Shown here in pieces: positions 1 to 42,885 of a stretch of 64,000 nt of DNA. Below the pieces are notes generated by a model. It was not told where the DNA came from. It ran no database searches and saw only the letters and a program-made list of their open reading frames with translations. The DNA comes from the human T2T-CHM13v2.0 reference genome, Homo sapiens, in NCBI RefSeq assembly GCF_009914755.1, contig NC_060943.1; one strand, 5' to 3'. Position numbers and translations under genes: made by a program. Each line of letters opens with the position of its first letter. Positions within the stretch are counted from its first letter, which is position 1.

Positions 1-23203
<23,203 letters not shown>

Positions 23204-23345
23204 GCCTCCAGACACTGCCGGGGACCCAGGAGTCCCAGGCCTAGTCCTTCCACCTGCTGGACTTTACACTCAAGAATTTCCCCTTTACCAGATCATTGGT
23301 GAAGCCAGAGGCCAGGGCGGGAAGGGGAGGAGGAGGAAGTGGAAC
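23204..23345 (-). promoter_or_regulatory. PTPRH 5'UTR / proximal promoter
   Basis: HNF4-like TAAAGTCCA (23258-23266, minus strand), CCAAT (~23295), GC box (~23315) and GGAAGT (~23335) just upstream of the ATG; motif matches only. Confidence 0.45.
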
Positions 23346-24245
23346 CCAGCTCCCAACCCTGCCCCGCTGGCCCTCACCTTCCTCCCTCACCGCTGCCTCT
23401 AGCTCTGACACTGGAGATGCCTCCCATCCTTTCTCCAGCCCCCAGCCCACTCCACTTTGTCCCCCGAAATCTCCCTCTGCACCCCAGGTACCGGGTGCCG
23501 CGCCCCACTGCTGCACGGATGCGGGACGTGGGGCAGAGGATGAGAGCAGGGGGTGCTGAGAGAAAGGCCAGCTGACTCCCTCGCCTCCCTGGTGGGTGAT
23601 CACACATCAAGAGCAGCCTGGGGCTTAGACCTCATGCCCCTCATCCCTGGAGCACGCTCTTCCATTCAGCCTCTGACGCCTTTCCCCTCTCCGTCTCCCA
23701 CAAGCCCCTGCAGCTCTCACAAAATGAGCCCAGCGGGCTCCTGCCTCTTGGCCTTTGCCTAGACTGTCTCCCCCACCAGATGCACCTGCCTACTTTCCCC
23801 CTAACAGTCTCCTACCCACTGCTCCATTAGGATTCAGCTTGGAAATGACCCATGCCGGGCCTGGGGCCTTTCTAGCCTGGTCAGGACCCTGTGCACTGTC
23901 TTCCACACCCCAGACTCTCTAATTTGCATATCCATCTGTGACCCTGAGCAAATGACTTAAATCCACAGTGACTCAGATTCCTCATCTCTAAAGAATGGGC
24001 ACCCTTGTAAATATGCTAAGAGAAATAGATGAGTTACTACGTGGAAAGTCTTGGAACAATGCCTGGCCCATTTTAAACAGTTGATAAATATTAGTCATGT
24101 TTATTTTTAGTTCATCCCTAGGCCACCTGTGCTCAGAAGGGGCCTGACACCCAGGGCTTTTCAAGGTGTTTTTGTTGACTTACTATGTGCACACGTGGAC
24201 TGCCTTCATCTCACATATAGTGCGGAAATGAAGAATAGAAACCCC

Positions 24246-27372
<3,127 letters not shown>

Positions 27373-27924
27373 TAAGAATGAGTGCTCAGTGCCTGCAAAG
27401 GAGATCTGGGTGAAGCACCAGCGACGTCCACCCCTAAAGCCTCACACCTGTTACCAGTCCTGAGCCAGTTCTCAGTCTTGGAACCCCTTCCATGTAGCGG
27501 ATGCTTTTCCCTCAGGGAGGACTCACCGATACTAGTCAAAGTACATACTGTAAACCTTCCTCCCAGTTTCTCCTAAAGGCCAATATCCATGGTCGCTGGG
27601 GATTAGAGAAAGAGAAAAGGCTACTGGACTCTGACTCTGAATCAATCCTAATTTGGAGGCACACACAGGTCACCGTGAATCATGGTCTGACTGGTGTGCT
27701 TGGGGCTGTCAGGTAACGAACGGAGGGTTCACCTAAAGACCATCACACAGTGGGTCAACGGGACTCTAAAGACCCTGTGTGGCTCCTTCCTCAGGCCTTG
27801 AGAGTGAAGTTGAAAGCGACATTCTCATAAAATGGCAGACACAATGCTTTGGCTTCCCTGATCTGTAGTGTGAAAGCTTTGATGGTGGGAAGAAGAAATG
27901 GAAGCCCCTAGAAATTCCCCCATC

Positions 27925-28612
27925 TATATTGGGCCAGTCTTTCATTGCTATAAAGAAATACCTGAGACTGGGTAATTTATAAAGAAAAGAGTTTTAATTG
28001 GCTCGCGGCTCTGCAGGTTGTACAGGAAGCGTGGTGCTGGCATCTGCTCAGCTTCTGGGAAGGCCTCAGGGAGCTTTTCCACTCATGGCGGAAGGTGAAG
28101 AGGGAGCAGGCACATAACATGTCGAAAGCAGGAGCAAGAGAGAGAGGACGGGAGGTGCCACACACTTCTATTTTTTTATTTTATTATTATTAAATTTTTG
28201 AGATGGAGTTTCCCTCTGTCACCCAGGCTGGAGTGCAGTGACACCATTTTGGCTCACTGCAACCTTCACCTCCTGGGTTCAACTCCCAGCTAGTTTTTGT
28301 ATTTTTAGTAGAGATAGGGTTTTGCCATGTTGTCCGGGCTGGTCTCAAACTCCTGACCTCAGGCGATCCAATGCACCTCGGCCTCCCAAAGTGCTGAGAT
28401 TACAGGTGTGAGCCACCGCGCCCGGCCTTGCCACGTACTGTAAAATACCCAGATCTCTTGTGAGCTCACTCATCACCATGGGGATGGTACTAAACCATTC
28501 ATGAGGGGTCCATCCCCAAGATCCTAACACCTCCCACCAAGTCCGGCCTCCAACACTGGGGATTCCATTTCAACATGAGATTTGGTGGGGACACAGATCC
28601 AAACCATAGTAT
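27925..28612 (-). mobile_element. MST-type MaLR LTR with an internal Alu
   Basis: ATTGCTATAAAGAAATACCTGAGACTGGGTAATTTATAAAGAAAAGAG...TTTCAACATGAGATTTGG...CCAAACCATA. Confidence 0.85.
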
Positions 28613-28790
28613 CATCCTTCCCAAATAGTCAACCCAGGGAATCACAGAGATCAGCGCCAGCATCAAGCCTTGGAAAACACAGGGGTGGGATATGGGAGGG
28701 TGATTCCTAAACATTATCCTTTGATTCACATGATTAATCTATGCAGGAGCTTATGGATCTTGGAAGACAGAAGTAAGAAATGGTGATACT

Positions 28791-29133
<343 letters not shown>

Positions 29134-31631
29134 TCAGCACAGCCCCTGGCACCTGATATTCAGCTAATGAACTGGAAAAGGCGTTTTGCCTATAGAAGTT
29201 AGCCTGAATGAAGAGTGTTCTTTACTCCAACAGTGACAGAAGGTCAGTGTGATTCCCTTTAGACTGTCTGGGACCTCGGTCATCTTATCAACCCATAAGA
29301 CATCACGCTGTTCCCCCTCACTCCTGGATAGCAATTTATCCTCACTGGAATGGACACTTACAGGTGTTTATTAATTTCTCAGTGATTTGTTGAATGAATG
29401 AAGGAATGAATGAATGAATGATGTCTTTACCTTGAGATTGGAGTTCTTTCAGATTTGCTCTCTGCCCACCTCACCAGCCTCTTCTCCTATCTTTACTCCA
29501 GCTACACAGATGTCCGTGCATGTTTTTCTTAGCACTCCAGGTGGATTCAAACCTCAGGGCCTTTGCACACACTGTTCCCTCTGCCTGGTAAAATATTTCT
29601 CCACCAGCCAGGGCCTACTTCTCTTTCTACTTCTGGTTGACCCCAGATACAGTTGGCCACTCCCTCCTATGTTTGGAGCCAAACTAAACAAATCTCTTAT
29701 TATAATACTCATCACATTGTCTGTGGCTTTGCCTATTTTTCCTTTCTTTTATCAGAGTGGAAGAAGCTTCTTTGGGTAGAGACAAGTCTATTCATCTTGG
29801 GGGACATCAGGCCAACTCCACACCGAAGGCTGATGAAACTTCAGGCAATATCCCTTCATCTGAATCTGATGACGTGTGTCACGTTTTCCAGGTCCACACT
29901 CAGGGATCTGGTCTGCGTTTTCATGTAAGCTTTCTCCACTCTCACTTTCCCTGGACTCTCATCCAGGATTAGATTTTTTTTTTTTCTTTTAAATGGAATC
30001 TCATTCTGTCACCCAGGCTGGAGTGCAGTGGCACCGTCTCGGCTCACTGCAACCTCTGCCTCCTGGGTTCAAGCGATTCTCCTGCCTTGGCCACCACGCC
30101 TGGCTAATTTTTGTATTTTTAGTAGAGACGAGGTTTTGCCATGTTGACTACGCTGTTCTCGAACTCCTGACTTCATGTGATCCACCCGCGTCAGCCTCCC
30201 AAACTGCTGGGATTACAAGCATGAGCCACCACGCCTGCCGCGATTAGATCATTGATCTCATTGCAGGTGAACCAGTCCAGACCCCCATCCAGGTTTTCCA
30301 GCTTGCTCGCTCCTCACGCTGTGGCTGTGTCCTGTGTTGCCGTGTTTCCGCTGAATCCAGCCCTTGTTTTCGCTCTTCCTGGCCTTGCGGGCAGCCAGGA
30401 TTGAAAGATCCAGGAAGTGACAGGGGCCTGACTCATCAACTTGTAAGAGAGCTGGGGTTCTCCTAGATCCATGCTCGCACTGAGGTGAGAAATGAGAAGC
30501 CAGGGCCGGGAGCCTCCTGGGGGTTGGCTGCCAACGCCAGGCAGGCGGGGAATGGTGATTTTCGCTTGTATCGTGGAGGATGCCACGCACAGACGTGAAT
30601 AGAAAGAGCCTGGACCGTGTCCTGAGGTCAGCGACTGAGGTCCTGGGTGGGGCCAGCCAGGACCTGCCCGGGGGCTACTGCCCTCTGAATCAATACCTCC
30701 AGGGACCCTACGTTGACACCCATGGCCTCCCACTCTCCACCCCTCAGTCCTGCGTGCGGCACGTAGTGCTCACTGGGCGTCTGTGTAGGGGGTTGAAGGC
30801 TGAGGCTGGAACAAGGGCGTGGCGGTCGCAGGCTCCAGGGCACGACGGTCCTTCCTCTTCCCCTTCTCAGCCACATCTGGGGCTCCGTCCCTGCAGCCAA
30901 GGCTCCCTGGCGCTGTCCTTGGTGCTGACGCGGTTCTGGAAGTGCGGTGCCAGGGTGGCTGGTGCGGCTCCCGATGGAAAAGCCCCACCAACCCCACAAA
31001 GCAGACTCGGGAGAGAACACGCCACCGTCTTTAGCGAATCTTACCAACCCAGGGCCAAAGCGCCCTGCACCCCAGAGCAGCACTCGTGGTGGGAACACAG
31101 GCTGATGTAATAAACAGAAAAGTGACTGCGGGGGATGGGGAAGGCGGGATGTCCTTAGCGTCCCATGGAAAAAACATATTTCCTCCAGATGGGATCATCG
31201 ATAACTTTTTTGAGTCTTGAGTAAATAACTTCGGGCGGGGCGCGGTGGCTCACGCCTGTAATCCCAGCACTTTGAGAGGCCGAGGCGGGTGGATCACTTT
31301 AGGTCAGGAATTCGAGACCAGTGCGGCCAATATGGTTCTGAAAATCCCGTCTCTACTAAAAAGACAAAAATTAGCCAGGCGTGGTGGCAGGCTCCTGTAA
31401 TCCCAGCTACTCGGGAGGCTGAGGCAGGAGAATAGCTTGAACCCGGAGGCGGAGGCTGCGGTGAGTCAAGATCGTGCCACTGCACTCCAGCCTGGGCGAC
31501 AGAGCGAGACTCCGTCTCAAAAAAAGAAAAAACAAAAACAAAACAAAACAAAACAAAAACTATGAGAAAATTCCATCCCCCATTGTTCGGAACCCAGGAA
31601 TCTGGGCGCTGTGTGGTTTTCCATAAAAACT

Positions 31632-33362
<1,731 letters not shown>

Positions 33363-33441
33363 GGGATGAGCTTTATGCCCCCTGAAAAAGACATACTTCC
33401 CCAGGTAGATTCATCTGTTAGTGTTTTTTGTTTTGTTTTAG

Positions 33442-33657
<216 letters not shown>

Positions 33658-33660
33658 TGA

Positions 33661-33852
<192 letters not shown>

Positions 33853-35024
33853 TAATTTTTTGTATTTTTAGTAGAGACGGGGTTTCACCGTGTTAGCCAG
33901 GATGGTCTCGATCTCCTGACCTTGTTATCTGCCCACCTCAGCCTCCTGAAGTGCTGGGATTACAGGCATGAGCCACCGCACCCGGCCCCAAAGTGCTTTC
34001 AAAGTATTGATTCAAAACTATGGCACAATCCCAACCCCACCCCCACTGCTCAGAACCCAGGGAGCATTGGGTTTGGTAGATTCCTTCTTCCACACCCAGA
34101 ATAAATTTTCTCAGCTCCATTCCCCAAATGATGCTGACTTGAGGCAGGGGAAGAATGCTTTGGTAGCTCAGGGGAAAGGACTGTGGAGTTCCTGTCTTTC
34201 CCTCTTCCAAGATCCAAGGGTGCTAGCGACCTTTCTGTGTTCATGGTCAGAAGCAAGGAGGGAGAAAGACCAGGAACCACACAGCTCTTTGTCATCTCAC
34301 AGGCAGGAAGCATCCAACAGAGGCCAGCTCTGGGGGGCATGCTGGGCCACATCATTTTTGCCAGTGTCCTGGAATAAGGAAGTGTAGGATAGTGAGGAAG
34401 GCAGACCGTGGGGCTCCTCCCTACCATGCTCATCAGGGCATCCAGGTGAGGGATGAAGCTGTCCTAAAGTCTTTCCAGAACTCACACACACGTGTCCCCA
34501 CCTCTCCCCTCCTTGATCATGTCTCCATTTTACGTATTTACTGATCATCTTCTGCTATTGTTAAAGTCTAAGCTGAGGGGTGAAACCACAGCAGAAAGCA
34601 AGGAAGGCTCGACCCCAGATCACACAGGGAGAGGTGGACAGACAGCATGGCTCCGCCCATTTGCAGCCATTTCTGGGCCTGTAGGCTCTGGCAGCTCCTG
34701 GGATTGCTGTCCTCGGTGCTGAATACGCGTTTGTTGGGGGCACACCTGACAAGTTTGTCATTTTCAGGGAAAACCCAGTCTCTCTCGGCGCTGAGGAGAA
34801 AACATGGCACAGCCCTTCTCAGTCCTCTAGCAACCCTGGACTCTGCAGGAGAAAAGAGAGATTCCCTACATTTGTTTCTATGAGAGAAGGGAAGGCTGGA
34901 GCAGGGGAGTGGGGGAAATCTCTGCAGTCCTCTCGGAAAGCAAACCCTTCTACACCTGTGATCCCATGTGATTTAGCAGAGCCCTGAGTTAAAACTAGGC
35001 CATGATGACACTTGGTGACACAAA

Positions 35025-35800
35025 CATCTGACAAAAGAGCTGTACCCTTTATATTTTCAAAGACTTTCTACAAATTAAGGAAGGCAGAAGACCCATTTAA
35101 TGGGCAATGGACTTGAAGAGACACTTTACCAAGAATATCCAAATGGCCACAAACACACACACATACACACACAAATGGGAATGTGTTCAACTTCATTAGT
35201 CATTATGGAAATTAAACCACAAGGAAGCACCAGAACACTGCAGCAGAAGAACTAAAATGGAAAAGACGAACAACCAACTATCTGCAAGAATATGGGGCAA
35301 ATGAAGCTTCCTCACATTGCTGGCAGGATGGTAAACTGGTAAGCTGCTTTGAGAAATGGTTTGTCAGTAACTACGAAAGCCTAAGGTACGTATACCATCA
35401 CTCAGCGATTCCACTGCTAGGCAGACATCTGAGGGAAAAAACTTCCTGTGTGCTCCAAAAGACATGGACAGAAATGTTCATGGTAGCTTCATTCATAGTA
35501 TCCCAAAACTAGAAACATAAAATGTTCATGAAGGGAGGGATGAAACAATAAGTTGTAATACATTCATGCGATAAATAGTACACAGCAATAAAAATAAAAA
35601 CACCCAGCATGGATCCACATTTCATCCACAATGTTGAGTGAAGAAAGCCAGAATCAAATAACTACATACTGTATAATTCCACTTAGAGAAGTTTCAAGGA
35701 CAGACTACACTAATTTACGATGATAAAGATCAGGAGACTGGTCACTCTTGGGGAAGGGAGGTACAAACTGGAGGGGAGACAGGAGAACCTGCTAAGATGC
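35025..35800 (+). mobile_element. Old L1M 3'-end fragment
   Basis: TGTTCAACTTCATTAGTCATT, GAAATGTTCATGGTAGCTTCATTCATA, ACATACTGTATAATTCCACTT. Confidence 0.7.
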
Positions 35801-35809
35801 AGAAAATTT

Positions 35810-38334
<2,525 letters not shown>

Positions 38335-38757
38335 CTGGGGAGGGCCCAGATGGGGAATCAGACCCACGGTGGTCTGACCTGCAGGATCGGGATGAAGGCT
38401 GCTGAGTCCCACCCCGCCTCATCCCCACCAGCCACCCCGGCTTGGGAGGGAAGATGGAGCCGGCGTTTTGCCCCTTGCCCCAGGTCTGGGTCCCGGCAGG
38501 GCTGGAAGGAGCCTGAGAGGGATGTGCGCAGCACCTCCGAGAGTCCCGCTTTAGAGAAACACGAATCAGATCATGAGAAAGCAGACCTCTGAGAAGTCAG
38601 ATGAAAGGTCGTCGGGGGACCAGAATCAGGGAGGAGGGACACGACGCTGGGGCTGCTGGATGCCGACAGGAGAGCAGCGTCCCGTCGCTCTGGACTGCCG
38701 ACCCCACAGAGCCCAGGGACCAAAAGCCAGAATGTTCCCCAAACACCAGGGATTATG

Positions 38758-39305
38758 GGCCCAGCCCCTCCTCCCTCAGACTCAAGAGTCCAGGCCCCCA
38801 GCCCCTCCTCCCACAGACTCAGGAGTCCAGCCCCTCCTCTCCCAGACCCAGGAGTTCGGGCCCCCAGGCCCTCCTCCCTCAGACTCAGGAGTCCAGACCC
38901 CAGCCCCTCCTCCCTCAGACGCAGGAGTCCAGGCCCCCAGCCCCTCCTCCCTCAGACCCAGGCCCCCAGCCCCTCCTCCCCCAGACCCAGAAGTCCAGGT
39001 CCCCAGCCCCTCCTCCCTCAGACTCAGGAGTCCAGACCCCCAGCCCCTCCTCCCTCAGACCCAGGAGTCCAGACCCCCAGCCCCTCCTCCCTCAGACTCA
39101 GGAGTCCAGGCCCAGCCCCTCCTCCCTCAGACTCAGGAGTCCAGGCCCAGCCCCTCCTCCCTCAGACTCAGGAGTCCAGGCCCCCAGCTCCTCCCTCAGA
39201 CTCAGGGGTCCAGGCCCCAGTCCCTCCTCCCTCAGACTCAGAAGTCCAGGGCCCCAGCCCCTCCTCCCTCAGACCCAGGAGTCCAGGTTCCAGCCCCTCC
39301 TCCCT
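38758..39305. repeat. MSR1-type minisatellite array, opposite orientation
   Basis: About 15 units of CCCAGCCCCTCCTCCCTCAGACTCAGGAGTCCAGG. Confidence 0.92.
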
Positions 39306-39640
39306 CACCTCCAGGAACCCCTCATGTCTGCAGGCCCCACGTGCCCCTGGAATCTGCACACCCAGACCCCCGTCCCTCCTGCTACACTTCACTGCGCAAT
39401 TTCCTCTTTCCCCACCTTTCGCCAGGTCTGAGTGGAGAGGGTAGGAGATGAGGAGGAAGTGGAGGTTTCGAACCTGAGTCCAATCCTTCAGATCCTCCTC
39501 ATGCCTGACCCTTCCTCAAGGAAATCCCTCAGCTTCCACTTCTCCTCACTCCAACTGTGGATTCCTGTCCTCACTTTCCTTCCTGGTCCCCGTCCTCCAG
39601 GCTCCCCACCTTCCCTTCCCACCTCTGTACTCTCACATCT

Positions 39641-39910
39641 GAGTCCCTAAATGCAGGTCATGGATGGAGAAGTCACCTCTCTGCTGTAAGAGTCCCTAAA
39701 TGCTGGCCATGGATGGAGAAGTCCCCTCTCTGTCGTAAGAGTCCCTAAATGCAGGTCATGGATGGAGAAGTCACCTCTGCTCTAAGAGTCCCTAAATGCA
39801 GGTCATGGATAGAGAGGTCGCCTCTCTGCTGTAAGAGTCTCTAAATGCTAACCATGGATGGAGAAGTCGCCCCTCTGCTATGAGTCACTGAAAGCACATC
39901 ATGGATGCAG
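39641..39910. repeat. ~49-bp tandem repeat, about 5.5 copies
   Basis: GAGTCCCTAAATGCAGGTCATGGATGGAGAAGTCACCTCTCTGCTGTAA at 39641, 39690, 39739, 39786, 39835. Confidence 0.9.
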
Positions 39911-40127
39911 AAGTCAAATAGGGTCTTGGAGAGCAGCTTGGACCCTGTCAAGTCTTCAGATGCAGAATCTGAGGACCTGAGGGATAGCAGCTTGCCGAGG
40001 TCACACAGCCTTGACAAGGAGCACAGCTGGGTTCCTCCTTCCCATTTGATTCCTACCCCCTTGCCGCCCTCCCTCCTCCAAGACCCCTCATCCTCAAGCC
40101 TCCCACCCTTCTCCCGATACTGCATGT

Positions 40128-40575
40128 GACTGCAGCGGGTTGTATCCCCTAGAAAGATATGTCCAAGTCCTAACCCCAGATACCTCTGCAGGTGACACTA
40201 CTTGGAAATAGGGGCTTTGCAGACATACTTAAGGATCTTGAGATAGAATCACCCTGGGTTTAGGGTGGGCCCTAAATCCAATGACCTGTGTCCCTAGAAG
40301 GATGCGGACACAGAGGGAGGCTGCCAGTTGAAGACAGTCACATGAAGACGGAGAGACACAGCCACAGGCCGATGGAAGCCAGGGATTCCCGGGAGCCTCC
40401 AGAAGCCGAGAGGGCAAGGACGGATTCTTCCCTGGAGCCTCAAGAGGGACCATGGGCCGGAAAACACCCGGATTTTGGACTTTGGGTCTCCAGAACTGCA
40501 GGAGAGTCCATTCATCTTGTTTCAAAGCATCTGGCTTGGGGTAATTTGTGACAGCAGCCTCAGGAAACTAACACA
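40128..40575 (+). mobile_element. MLT1-type LTR
   Basis: AAAGATATGTCCAAGTCCTAACCCC...GGAAATAGGG...GGGTGGGCCCTAAATCCAATGAC...GGTAATTTGTGACAGCAGCC.CAGGAAACTAACACA. Confidence 0.85.
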
Positions 40576-41140
40576 AAGACCAAACAGTCCTCTTGGCTCA
40601 GTTCTGCACAATCCTCACTTTATCCCCCCGAATCCCCCCACCAGAGGGCCATGGAGGGTCCCACTGGGCACCAGGCCTGGTCCATGGGGAGCGACAAAGA
40701 ACCTTCTGCTGTCATTAACCGCGATGGTTTATCACAATGATGACCCTCCCCGAGGCCTCTCCTACGGTAACAGCAACATCTACGGTTCCACACCCACAGG
40801 GAAAACGGATTCAGAGCAGCAGCAGGGGGCGGGCAGGCTGTGGGGCCGACAGTGAACATGGAGGCAGGCTGGTGGCTGGGAGGGCTCCATGTGGGCCTGG
40901 CTGAGGAGCCAGGGATCTGGAGTCAGAACCGGGGGAAGGCAGCTGGAACCCAGTAGTGGACTTGGAATTCCGCAAATCGTCCTCAAACGTCTTCAGCCAG
41001 AAGCGACGGCGGCAGCGGCGCCTGCAGACAGGCGTCAGGAAGCTTCGCTGCTGAGGGTATTTCTCAGGCTGGGCTGGGCTGGGAGGCCCAGGTCCTTGCA
41101 GGAGGAGAGGGCCTGAACACCGGCCCTTCAAGCTCCCTAG

Positions 41141-41523
41141 TCAGTCAGTCTTGGGCACCGGGCTCCTGAGGGCTGACAGTGTGATGAGGAGCTGGGCAGC
41201 ATAGTAGGTGGTCATGATCACCAGGCGGGCATGGGGCAGGGGCTGGGCGAAGGTGTCCCAGGCCAGCACGCCATCAGAGAGCGTGAAGAGCAGCGCGCCC
41301 CAGCCGGCACTCCCGCCCTGGGCCAGGCCGCGCCACAGCATGGCCATCAGGATCAGCCCATAGGCTGCCACCGGCAGGACCATATCCGGCTCGAGGTGCT
41401 GGAGCACAAGGCTGAGGTAGGGGCCAGGGGCCAGGATGATGAGCAGCAGCAGGCCGGGCTGCAGGGGAGAGAAGCCGAAGGCCCAGACGTAGAGGAGGTG
41501 GGCGGTGGCAAAGGCGGCCATGC
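41141..41523 (-). CDS. TMEM86B: TMEM86B exon 3 coding part
   Basis: 383 nt ending in TGA at 41141-41143. Confidence 0.95.
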
Positions 41524-42701
41524 CTGGCGGGAGAGGGGTGGGGTACCAGTGAGGAAGGCCCATCCTGGGAATGGCCCCGAGGTCACCCCTCAGGGCCTAA
41601 GAGAAGGACCATCCCAGAGCACCAGGCCCCACCCTGGCCGAGCCTCCTTGCAGGTCTCCCCACATGCAGTGTCCATCCTTGCTCTGCTCAGAACTGCCAG
41701 GAGGCCCCACCTTCCCTTGGCCTCCAAAGCCCCATGGCCTCCAGCTCTCCAGCCACTCTGCGCCAGCCACCCTGGCCTGCTGGGCTACAAGCACCTGACA
41801 CGTCCCTGCCCCGGAGCCTTTACACTCGCCCTTCCTCCACACAGGCATACAGCCCTTCAGCTCTGCCCAAATGTGACTTCCTCAGTGAGGCCTTCCTCAG
41901 CAACCCTGCTTCAAACTGCAGTACCTCCAGCAGGTCCTCACTGCCCTCTGCGCCACCTCAGCTACTGCCCTAACACCGCCTGCCCCCACCCCTCGCTGGA
42001 GCGTGAGCTGCCTCGGTCACGGCTGCGCCCCCCACTGTGCCTTTGACCACTGGAGCTCTCACAGGAGCCCTCTGCACCCAGGCTCCCATCCAAGTGCTGG
42101 GGCCTCTCTCACACGGGCATCTGGAAAGCGTCACAGCACCTTCCACTCACCAGGGACGAAGGCTGCCGGCCAGATGAGGCAAGCGTCCCCCACAGCCGAG
42201 CACACAAGGGCTCCCTGGAGGAGCTGGGTGTAGCCCCCGCTTGGGGACATGACCCACAGGAACCCAGCCAGGCAGAGGACGGGCAGGCACTTGACCAGGG
42301 CAGCGAACCAGGACAGCTGGTCCTCGGGAATCCAGAGGCAGAAGTACACGCAGCAGGAGAGGATGAAGGGGCTCAGCCACCTGCAGACATCTGGGCGCTT
42401 TGGGGAGTGGGGAGCTACTGAGCCGAAACCCAGCCCAGCCCCCATTCTTGGGACTCAGATCTCATGGCTCCTGTCCCACCCCCACCTGGGACCCCAGCTG
42501 TACAGGCTGGACCCATTCAGGGACCAGGCTGCCAGAACCCAGCTTCCCAGGGCCCAACCAACTCAAGGACAGCAGCTCCCAGACCCGCCGGCTGCTGGGG
42601 TTCCAGGGCCCTGTCCCCCCAGCCCCAGGCACAGCTCAGAAGGCTCTCACCTGGGCTGAGCAGTGAGTCTTCAGGGTCTGCCCCGCTTTGCCAGCGTCCA
42701 T
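41141..42701 (-). CDS. TMEM86B: Lysoplasmalogenase TMEM86B (YhhN family), 226 aa
   Basis: Exons 42651-42701 (MDAGKAGQTLKTHCSAQ), 42151-42397 (RPDVCRWLSP...GDACLIW...) and 41141-41523 (GMAAFATAHLLY...GALLFTLSDGVLA...TYYAAQ...KTD*) total 681 nt. Confidence 0.97.
42151..42397 (-). CDS. TMEM86B: TMEM86B exon 2
   Basis: 247 nt, phase 0-1; AAG acceptor. Confidence 0.92.
42651..42701 (-). CDS. TMEM86B: TMEM86B exon 1 coding part
   Basis: ATG at 42701; 51 nt; GTGAG donor. Confidence 0.92.
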
Positions 42702-42769
42702 GCTGGCCTGATAGCCCCAGAGCGACCTAATCTGGGAGCGAGTGGCTTCAGGGGGTGGAGGGGAGGGCT

Positions 42770-42885
42770 CATGGTTACACGTTAACCCAAGGAGCGTCCT
42801 GTGGACTCTGTGACTGATAACAGGGCCCAGGGAGATGTTGTCCTCACCCTGGGGATGGCCCTGCCTGGCGCCCGCTGATAAAGCA
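42770..42885. promoter_or_regulatory. Candidate HNF1/HNF4/GATA module upstream of TMEM86B
   Basis: GTTACACGTTAAC (42774-42786), TGGACTCTG (42802-42810), TGATAA (42815-42820 and 42876-42881). Confidence 0.5.

Noticed and set aside
34750-34790. FSLKMTNL as the start of a SEA domain
   Set aside because: Eight-residue resemblance only; downstream sequence does not support it by eye.
38573-39451. 292/276/229-aa ORFs in all three plus frames
   Set aside because: Same minisatellite artefact.
39641-39910. CRISPR-like regular repeat
   Set aside because: Head-to-tail tandem units without unique spacers, in a mammalian genome with no cas genes.
41231-42046. 271-aa plus-strand ORF
   Set aside because: Antisense shadow of TMEM86B exon 3 in GC-rich sequence.
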